Part shown: positions 54,540 through 64,000 of the stretch, one piece after another
Position numbering within the stretch: the stretch's first letter is position 1
How the letters are laid out: every line of letters starts with the position of its first letter
DNA from: Callorhinchus milii
Lineage: Eukaryota
Length of the DNA: 64,000 bases
Assembly (NCBI RefSeq): GCF_018977255.1
Contig: NW_024704761.1
Location: 5,394,001 to 5,458,000, forward strand
Direction: 5' to 3'
Translations under genes and position numbers: made by a program
Notes under the pieces: generated by a model
Told to the model about the DNA's origin: nothing
What the model saw: only the letters and a program-made list of their open reading frames with translations
The model's database searches: none

Positions 54540-57500
54540 ATGCGCATTCTCTTCCTCTCTAGTACTTTCTGAGTAGCTGCTGATATTTTCTTCTTAACGC
54601 TCCCATGTTCCTGCTACAACATAGAAAAACATTAAACATTTCACAGTGAAACAAAATCAATGTTTTCACATCAAATGAAAAAGTATGCATTAGTTGCTGA
54701 AGTACATCTGATGTTACTTCATATAGAGGCTTGTAAGGTTGTCAGGAAAATATTCTGTTGCTAACTGTATGGTTACCATTACTTTCCCCTTAAGGTTCTT
54801 GTACCCAATGAGATCATAACAATGAGACAGTATTCACATGAAAACATGTTTCACTATTTCCAAAACTTGTTGACTTATTTCATGATGTACCTGCCACTTC
54901 ACATTACATCCATATAGGGACATTAATTGGCTCTAGGAGCCTAATACTAATAAAGACTGTAAACACCCTAATACATAATATATCGTAATTGACTGTTATA
55001 TTAAAATGGGGTTGTCTTAGAGCAACTCTCCCATACAGGCCTCAGTTAATACACAAAAAAAATAAAAGTGAAGGACAAAACCATAATACATTCAAAATAA
55101 AGAGGGAAGAAAAGCCCTACTTGATATCCATAATGTTTAAATAACCAAAGGAATCAATGTCACAAGAATTTACTATGCTTAAAACGACTACCTGATTCAG
55201 CCTATTCTGCTGCAGATCTTGATCATGTCGGATTATTTGCATTCTTTCAGCAGAAGATATGAGGAAGAAAATATCATGGACTTCGTATAGTGCAGCTCGA
55301 AGCTGGAAAGAAGGAAAACTAATGCCATTTGCACTTATGGTTTGAATGATCTAGGCATAGTTGAAACAATCACTGAGAACAAGCGAATATGATTCATTTA
55401 ATAGATATTTCAGCTCCTTTTAGACTTCAATTTTATCTCTTTGCTTCTTTTCTCCTAAAGAAATGACTTTTGCTGAGGTATTAGAAGCCCACGGGAGCCA
55501 GCAGCTATTCAGTACATCACCAAAGTAACCATCCACAAGTATCCAGCCTTGATTAGCAAATTGAGAAAAATCCCCATTGCCCAGTTAATTAAAAAATCCT
55601 GTTCTATACAAATATAATTGCATTGTTTTGTTCTACCTGGCATCGAACTCTCTCCTTCAACAAGGCATCACGAGCTGATATCAAACCATTCCTCATAGGC
55701 GTTCCTGTTTGAAGAGCCAGCAAAAGTTGCTGTGTATCCTGTAGCAAATAAACAGAACTACAATCTCATCCTGAATCATTCTGAAAAATCTTGTCACTAT
55801 ACAGTAAAATCTTATCTTTATAAATTGTATAAATGTTAAAGTTGTACATTCACCTGAGCCTCATTCATTTTCCTATCAAAACCACTTAGATTTCTTTACA
55901 CGAATGATATGACTTATGTGAGTTTTACAGTATGGTCAACCCAATTTGGAAAAGGTGAATTTGAATATCAAAAACATTCGCTGGATTACTAAATTATGGT
56001 TATGTTACTTTTGTTTTGTGGAGCATTAAAATCTAAATAGAAAAACTGATAATAAAATGAAATAGACTGAGTGTGACAGTCATACATGCAGACCTCGTCA
56101 CGCTGCTCCATTTATTTTATTTCCAGCAACATTTTGATTGGTTTCAATGGTTTCATCTTTAAAGTTATCTAACATACATTTCACCTCAGCAACAAAAGCA
56201 AAGCCAATGCAAAGAAACAAAAACCTACCTTGATTGTTTGTGACAGTTGCATGAGCCTCTTGGTACGTAAGACTCTTCGCGTCAGGTATCCTTTAATCAG
56301 TGCTAGAAATCTGTCTGGCCATCTCTCCAGAACACCCAACCCCAGCTAAAGAAAATAAAGGTATCAACTGATTGAAACGGATGTTGAAACTGTTTATCAT
56401 TCCTGAGCCACATTGTTTCTCATTCTAAACAGTTCACAAAGAAGGGTCTCAAAAGGGAAGCCAGTGGAGTCAGGAGAGGATGGGGGTAATTGGGTCACGG
56501 AGCCAGGTGCAAGAGGACACCGGCTGCAGAGTTCTGGATGATCTGCAGCTTATGGAGGGAGGAGTTGGGGAGGCCGACAAAGTCGAGCCTGGATGTTATG
56601 AATGCGTATATGAGGGTTTCGGCGGCCTGCGGTGAGACAGTAGCGGAGCCGGGCAATGTTACAGAGTTGGGGGAAGGCAGAGCGGGTCATGGCACGAATG
56701 TGGGGTAGAAAGGATAGTTGAGGGTCAAACAAGACGCCAAGGTTCTGGACAGGCTTAGTAAGGTGGAGTGTGCAACCATCGATGGTGATACTATCAGCAC
56801 CTGAGGTGAGGAGGCGCTGATGGGAGCCAATCAGGCCCCAGTCTTGTTAACGTTCAACTGAAGAAAGTCAGCTCTCATCCAGGACTTGATGTCTGCCAGA
56901 CCTTCTGTCAGGTCAGCAGTGGGTGTCATCCGCATACATGTGTAAGTTGACCCCATGTCTGCAGATGATGTCACCAAGAGGGAGCATACAGATACTGAAG
57001 AGGAGGGGACCAAGGACAGAGCTCTAAGGAACGCTGCACGAGACGTAAGGGGGCTGGAGGAGAAACCTCTAAAGAAGTAACAACAACAAAATCGTCCAAC
57101 CTTGAGAAGACTTTCCTTCCGTTTTCTTTGCTCAGCCAACAGATCTGCAAGTTGTTGTGCGTGTTCTTCCTGTAACTGGCATCTCTTTTGTGCAAGAGCT
57201 AATAGATGTTTTTCCACTTCACCTGCAGTTAAGGCAGCAAAACAATATAATGTAGATTCATGCAGATCCATTAATGATAAATGGCATGAAAAAATCAAGT
57301 AAATTTAACCCAAAATGACTGGTAGTATTTTACAGTATCAAAACAGTCCCAATTGATATGTTGAACAGTTCCATCAAAAGCAGGTATGGAATGGTGACTA
57401 AACAAGACAAAAAGTAGTACATTCTACGTAAAGGTGAAAAGGAAATATGGAAGATGGTTTCTTTTAAATACTGCAAGGTTAATTACCAACCTTAAGACTT

Positions 57501-60500
57501 TACTCTATATTGTGTGAAGTGCTCTGACATACTTTGAAGATGTAATAAGGCGTTATATCAAATGCAAGGATTATTTTATTATAACCTTACTCACCAACTG
57601 ACTGAACTTCACTTTCCTCACAAGCTCGACTCAAGTGATGTAAATGAAAAGATACTTTGGAAGAACAAGGCATACTAGCTGGCGGCTGTTCTTGCTCATC
57701 ACTGGCAGAATTCAAGATTAATCTTCTTTTGACTCTAGAGTCCCGTATGTTCAGTCCAAATTCGGGAGTAGTTGGATTCTTTGAATCAAGCTCCTGCTTG
57801 GACTTAAAATCCTGCAACAAAAGTGAAGAAGGGAACTCCACATCATATGATTTGTTAATATATTGCTTTTGTCTGATCGTATCTTCCATTGTATAACTGG
57901 TGAGTTTTGGACTGGTCTTCAAAGGTTTTGCTGCTAAGTGAATGTTTGGTGGAAATAATTGCCTGGAGCATTGGATCTTTTTTGTCACAAAGGACTGCAA
58001 GATGTTCATACGAGATGCAGTAGTGCCACAACTATATATGGTCTGCGGGACAAAGTTTCCATATGACAGAGACCCGAAACCACTGTGTGTTTTGCCTGAA
58101 CACAACGCAATAGATTTTTTATCAGATTCTATGCACTTGTCATTTCCTGTGTTCAGTAGAGTAGCTTTGCTGTCCAGCAACAGCTCATTTGTTACCGCTT
58201 CACAGTAAGGAGTTAATGTAGTCTCAAGGCCTGTAAAGGCTTTCAACTTGGGTTTGCTAAACTCTAATTCAGCTGTATGTTTTCTTTGAGCTTGACTGAC
58301 TTTCATTTGACTTCTAAATGCATCAGACCTACTTTCTTTCTTTCGTTGTTCCACCGTCTCACCGTCCATTACAATTGGAGCATTCACTAGATTCCTTTGT
58401 GACAGGCGGCCCTGTTTTTTTGAAAGCACTGGGCTTTTGCTCAGTTGTAAATTGGGCACTCGGAAACTTCTACTCTGACTTTTTGTAGGTCTGTTCACAC
58501 TTTTACCTTCTTGTTGACATTGAGACCTTTGGCCCACGGAGTTTGATTGTAATTGGCTTTTCCTGAGGCAGTGAGATTTATTGATTGGTTTAGATGACTT
58601 TGAGAAGAGGACCACATTCTTTAGACTGAGCTCATGCATTTCGGTACTTGTGTTTTCTTGTGGTAAAGCTTGACAATTGCTTCGACTTGCATTCTTTTCA
58701 TGTTCGTTCATAATACCGTCTGCAATAGTTTGGTGTGGTTCAGAGGAATCACAGGAATAGTGTGGGAAAACAGATGGTCTGGCTTGATTAACTTTCAATA
58801 TTGTATCAGGCACTGTGGGTTTCCCTGAAACAAGTTTTCTTTCCTCCATATCTTTACTATCTTTAGTCTCATTTTCTTTGTCAGACTGTACTTTGCATTG
58901 CAAGGTTTTCAATAGCTTCTCTTGTCGCTGCCTATCTCGATACTCCCTTGATTTTTTCAATAGGTTTTGAAGACTTAATGCATAAGGATCTGGTGAGGAG
59001 TCCTGATTTGGAGCAGTTTCCTCATCAATATAATGATGGGAGTGGCTTTGTTCTGAATAAGTGTTCTTCTTATTCCCAGTTGATAAAACTGTACAGTCAC
59101 CATTCACCGTTTGACATGAATCCTCCTGTTTATCGATAGAATTGATAGATGTCTGTTCTGTTTTTGGTCCATTTTCTTTAAGTACTGTAAAATTTGTATT
59201 AGTATGAACAATTTTATCTTTAGAGTCATCTAGCATCGGAGCACAACTAATGTGACAATTTACGTTGGTTTTCCCACATTCAATACTTGTGCAGAAGCTT
59301 TCATTATAATCTAGACTATTCTTTTGAACAGATTCTTCAGTAATTATAACGGAGGCTATTCCAGGAACATTGCCAGGGTCCATTGCAGAGTTTGGTTTAA
59401 TTGCATCAGATACCTGAGTGCTAATAGACTCACATATTAGAGACTCGATGCACCTGAGTGAAGTTCTGTGCAAAGTACTTTGGTCAGCTGTAGAGTTCCA
59501 GTCTTCTATAAATCCACTGCTCATACTCAATGGCTTGCTGGGTGAAATCAGAAGTGAACAATCTTTCACAAACTCCTGTATTGATGGTGCTTTCCTTATC
59601 TATCAAGAAACAATGTAACACCAGAGAAGAATGATAAAGCTCTCAGTCATTAAGATATCCTGATACAGTATTTGAGTATTGACAGAAAACATTCTCACTG
59701 CATACAAGTCTGAAAGCGACAGATGAACCCAATGCTGCACCAATTTTTGCTGCATTATCATCACTGATATATATAATAAAAAATACATCTTCTATTTAGA
59801 GGCTAGATCTCACCTGCACACTATTAAGCAGATTCTGCACCTCCAATAATCGCCTATTTATTTGTGTTTCATTCAGTTTGTTCTTTGAGGTTTCACCAGG
59901 CGTTGAAGTGTTTAACTGGTACTCCTGCATCTCCTTCCTTTGCACTGGGGTAAGCTAAAAAGCACCAAAATCGATTTAGTTAATACATTTTACTGTGATG
60001 CTCAGTCAATTACTAACCTTTAAAGGGGTTTGGTAAATGTCATGGTGAAAAGACGGAAGCAGTAACTAACTTGGATCTATGCAAGTTGGTTGCTATACTA
60101 AACATCCATCAAAAGAGCTGCTACAAACTGCAAATGTACAGTGCAACCATTGCAGTTAAATGACAGTTAAATCAGTCATGTTGCTCATCGATATTGTACT
60201 GCTGTCAGTACAGTGAATCTAGGTCCTCCAACTCATACATTTTAAGAGTGGTACGTGCATCTCACCAGACAGACGACAATATCCCTAGTCTATTTTGGCT
60301 TCGCACTCTACTCTTCACACTCAATAACATTTTCATCAGTTTAAGGTCTGGGTTATCTATTTATTCCTCTCCTCCCCCTTCCTCCTTCCCGTTTCAACAA
60401 ATTGAATCAAATTAAGCAGAACAGGACCATGATCACTTGCCAGTGGCGGCAGTATGGCAATGCCATGAAACTGGATCAAAGACTCTCCCTGCTTGGTTGC

Positions 60501-60581
60501 CAGTGGAGAATCATTTCCCAATTTGACCTTCGCTTTGATCTGAGCAAGTCGAGCTTTGCAAAATTCTTCATAGCTCTCCAT
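54540..60581 (-). CDS. CCP110: Centriolar coiled-coil protein of 110 kDa (CP110)-like, probably a divergent paralogue; the last exons (about 53.4-54.5 kb) are not resolved
   Basis: Minus-strand exons 60441-60581 ([15 protein letters not shown]...[16 protein letters not shown] donor), 59814-59954 ([10 protein letters not shown]), 57595-59599 ([18 protein letters not shown]; [11 protein letters not shown]), 57101-57222 (coiled coil), 56229-56345 ([11 protein letters not shown]), 55637-55738, 55192-55302 ([13 protein letters not shown]) and 54540-54613 ([11 protein letters not shown]). These correspond to conserved CP110 blocks and the phases are consistent. Confidence 0.85.
56430..57060 (-). 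mobile_element. L2 LINE reverse transcriptase fragment (CCP110-like intron)
   Basis: Minus-strand [20 protein letters not shown] and [19 protein letters not shown]. Confidence 0.8.
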
Positions 60582-60929
60582 TCTGTAAGAAAAAAACACT
60601 TTCATGAAAACATCCTACATAGGATGGTAGAAATGCTGCAAAATTGCACGCTTTATTTTAACTTATTCCTATGATCATTTTAGGCATCATTGCAAAATAT
60701 GTCATTGGTGAATTATCTATGAACGTTAAAACTGAGGTCCGGGCTGTTCAGATGGGCGTTCGATCTCGTGATATTCTATGAAAAGAGAAGGGAGATTCTC
60801 CCAGTTTCCTCGGCCAACGACTTGGTAAGGCGCTTGATCAAATAACAATAATAATAATAATCCTTGCATCCGCTACAGCGCCTCATCACGTCTTCTGGAC
60901 GTCTCAAAGTGCTTCACAGAGGACACCGT

Positions 60930-62300
60930 GAAGCGAAGTGACTGGCATGCCTTTCGCGGGCGAAACGCGGCAGCCGGTTAGTCGCGCGCAGCAACGCCCC
61001 ACAAGCGAGTCGTGGATTGAAGTGACCCGAATTATTATTATCATTACATTTTGGGCCGGGATTATGACCCCCGGCCGGGCAAGGGGTCAGCCAGTCGGAT
61101 AACCACCGGGAAACAGAGGCGTGTGCGGGCGCGGGCGCGTGGGGATGGAGTTAAGGAAACTTGCCTGAGTTTTCCGCCTTGACCGTGCGGGGGGGGTGGG
61201 GGCGGGGGGAGGGGTTCGAACCCCGGGGTCCCTCTCGCTTTGCGAGGCGAGCAATAATAATAATACAAAGAACAATAATCCGAATAACAATGACACACCG
61301 GTCGGTCACTCAATCCACGGCTGTGAAATCGGTCAATGGCACCGGTTTCGCGGTGTTGTTGGGGGCCATCGTTTTGGGTCACTCCGATCATCGATCCGCG
61401 ACCGCTTGCGGGGTGGGGGGGGTGGGGGTGGGGGTGGGGGGGCGCTGCCGTGGGCAACCGGCCCGCCGCGGTTTGGCCCGCAAGATACACACAGTCACTA
61501 CACTTTATTATTATTGTTGTTGTTGTGGTGGTGGTGGTGGTGAGAGCAGAGGAGCAGCGTCTGTCTGTCTGTCTGTCCGTCTGTCGGTTCTCTTGAGCAC
61601 CGCTCCCTGTAACACGGCCACAAGAGGGTCCACCTCAGAACCAAACTCACCTTCCCCTCAGCTCCTGGGCCCGGGCAGAGCTGTGATGGCTTCTCTCCCT
61701 CTCCCCCCCGTCCCCCCGTCCCCTCCCCCACCGTTAGGTCAGACCGCCGGTTCCTCGCGCTCCGACGTTCAAAACAGGAGATGACGGTTGGCGACCGCAC
61801 CTCGCGCTCAACTGTCACCCGTCGCACGTGACCGTCCCCCCGACCTAACTCCTCCCCCTCCCCACGACCTAACTCCTCCCCCTCCCACGACCTAACTCCT
61901 CCCCCTCCCCCCCCCCGACCTGACCCCTCCCCCTCCGACGCGCACGCCGGTCACCGCCAAACCCCGGAGCTGGAGTCGACCTGGCACACCGGGAGCCGGA
62001 GCTAAACTCAAAACCCGGAGCTGGAGCTGAGCTCAAACACTGGAGCTGGAGTCATCTCCCCCCCCCTCCCCCCCCCCCATCCACCCACTCACCCACACTG
62101 GAGGTGGAGTCATAATAATAATAATAATACTAATCATAGTCCTTCAACCCAGTTGTTAGTCGACTGGCGGACCGCTTTTCCAGGGGTAATAATTCCTTCA
62201 AACTAATAATAATAATAATAAATTTGTTACTTCAATCCGCGGCTGTTCGTGGGGACGCCGCTGCGCGCGATGGGCTGCCGCGTTTCGCCCGCAAAATACA
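60930..62300. promoter_or_regulatory. CpG island with the probable non-coding first exon of the CCP110-like gene
   Basis: GC/CpG-rich. A minus-strand donor (gaagGTGAGT, seen on + as actcaccttc at about 61646-61655) lies upstream of the ATG exon at 60581. Confidence 0.65.
61838..61935. repeat. Short C-rich tandem repeat (CGACCTAACTCCTCCCCCTCCC, about 3-4 copies)
   Basis: Directly visible tandem units inside the CpG island. Confidence 0.8.
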
Positions 62301-62399
62301 CAGTCAATTCACTTTACAGTATCATCTGTGAAGCGCTCTGAGACGTCAGTCTCGAAGATGTGATTACTATTGGGTAAACAGAGGCGTGTGCACCGGCTG

Positions 62400-62720
62400 C
62401 CTGTCCCAGAGAGGATTGATTTCAAGATCCTCACAACAACAACAACAACAAGATTCCATTTATAAAGCGCCTTTCACGTCAGGAGGACGTCCCTCGTATT
62501 CAAGTCCCTGCGCTCCTCTGCCCCCCCCCCCCCCGACCACCTCTCTGACCTCCTCTCTCCTCAAACAGCACCCATTGCCTTCGTTCCTCCGGGTCTGGCC
62601 TCCTCCCCGTCCACCGAGTCCTCCGCTCGCTCCACCCTCGGCGGCCGTGCCTTCAGCCACTACGCCCCGAGGCTCTGGAACTGCCTTCCTCCCTCCCTTC
62701 CCATTTTCAGGTCTCGGCTG
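62400..62720 (+). mobile_element. L2 3' fragment interrupted by a short inverted tail fragment
   Basis: Near-copy of 2975-3225, with an inserted (CAA)n-agattccatttataaagcgcc segment. Confidence 0.7.
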
Positions 62721-64000
62721 AATGGGATAGATAGGAAAATAAGATAAGAAAGATGATAAGAAAGAAGAATTTTATGCCATGAATGATGATATTTTGCCAG
62801 TAAAATAAATAAAATGTTCTGTTACATTAGCATGGTGATATACAACATAGTTTTGATGGAGTGGGGGGGGGGGGGAATGGTTTGTGTGATATTATGGCTT
62901 TAATCATGAAAATGACCTAAATAACATTACCCATAGTGATCAAGGAATGTAATCTTTCTTCTTGAGTAAGGTTAAGTATAGTAGACGTCAGCCTCACTCA
63001 GTTGGGTTGCGCTCTCAATTCTGGGTCAGAAAGTTGTTATTTCAAGCCCCACGTTTGGGACATTAAGTTTATGGTCCAGGCTGACATGTCGGTGCAATAA
63101 TGCCGCAGGAGTCTTCAGATAAGACATTAAACTAAGGTTTAATCAAGCCTCAACAGTAGGTGGCAGGCTAGTCCCGTCATCATTCAGATTAATCCATCTC
63201 ATTGAAAGACCCGAATATTTGTCCTTCTTGACATTAGTCAGGATTCAAATACATTACATTAGAATATACAACACAGAAACAGGCCATTCGGCCCAACTGG
63301 TCCATGTTCGTGTTCCTTGTCCCTGGACTCTCCAACTACTTATTCAGACACAATAGATTTTCACAATGAAACAGCTTCCGGTTATCACAGAATCAGCCTT
63401 TATGTAGAAATTGGGTTGTTAATAATCAGTTCACATTTATCACTTGGAGAAAGCCAACTTTATTGCAGTACAATATAAATTACAGTTCAGACAAGTTTTC
63501 TATCTTTACACATCAGACTTCCCGTTGCTTTAAATCCTTTTGCTAATTTTCGTACAGGTTGTTTCGCCAGTAGTCAGGGTCTGAAACAACCACAAAAACA
63601 CAAAAGAAAATAATTACCGTTGTAAAAGTTATTCACTTCATGAAAATATTCACAGTACTGTTTAATTAAGCATTCTGTTGGGTTCCAGAGATGAATCACA
63701 AAGTATCTGTATTGCTGAGACAGGAGCTAATAGAGTTCTATTTATCCACTTAAATGCTTAATGTCCTTTGGCGTGAAATCTATTCATTTTATGTCTTATC
63801 GTCTAAGACTGGAGATATAAATACTGGAGAAATTTTAAATTATAATAAGCTCTTCTTGATCTTGCTTTAAATAGTAATGGAATTTTGTTTTGAAGATGTA
63901 AGGCATATTGATACAGTTTAGCATTCACTTCTTTGATGTAAATCAATTTAAACTCTAAGCGAGACAACTTAGCCTGAAAACTAAGAGTTCAGAACAGCAT

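Noticed and set aside
61062-61827. Several 100-200 aa ORFs in the right-hand CpG island
   Set aside because: GC-rich, low-complexity frames overlapping SINE remnants and simple repeats.

Overview
Vertebrate genomic DNA, probably a cartilaginous fish (chimaera-like, judging by dense tRNA-derived SINEs, L2 and CR1 fragments with (TAA)n/(CAA)n tails; species is inference). Two recognisable genes bracket the window: a complete 20-exon TMC6 (EVER1) gene on + (CDS about 11.9-25.7 kb) and a divergent CCP110 (CP110)-like gene on - (about 53.4-61.8 kb). Between them are three spliced, same-strand genes. Two are paralogues encoding a zinc-deaminase-like domain with the ligand motifs in reversed order (PCxxC before GNCAE). 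The third, between them, encodes a SUKH/US22-family domain, the fold used as immunity protein for bacterial nucleic-acid toxins. Both deaminase-like genes have the same ISRE-type 11-mer (GTTTCGTTTTC) just before a presumptive first splice donor, while the SUKH gene lies downstream of a CpG island. My main hypothesis is a vertebrate, possibly interferon-inducible, deaminase effector plus SUKH immunity module. All exon coordinates and family calls were made by eye, without database searches.
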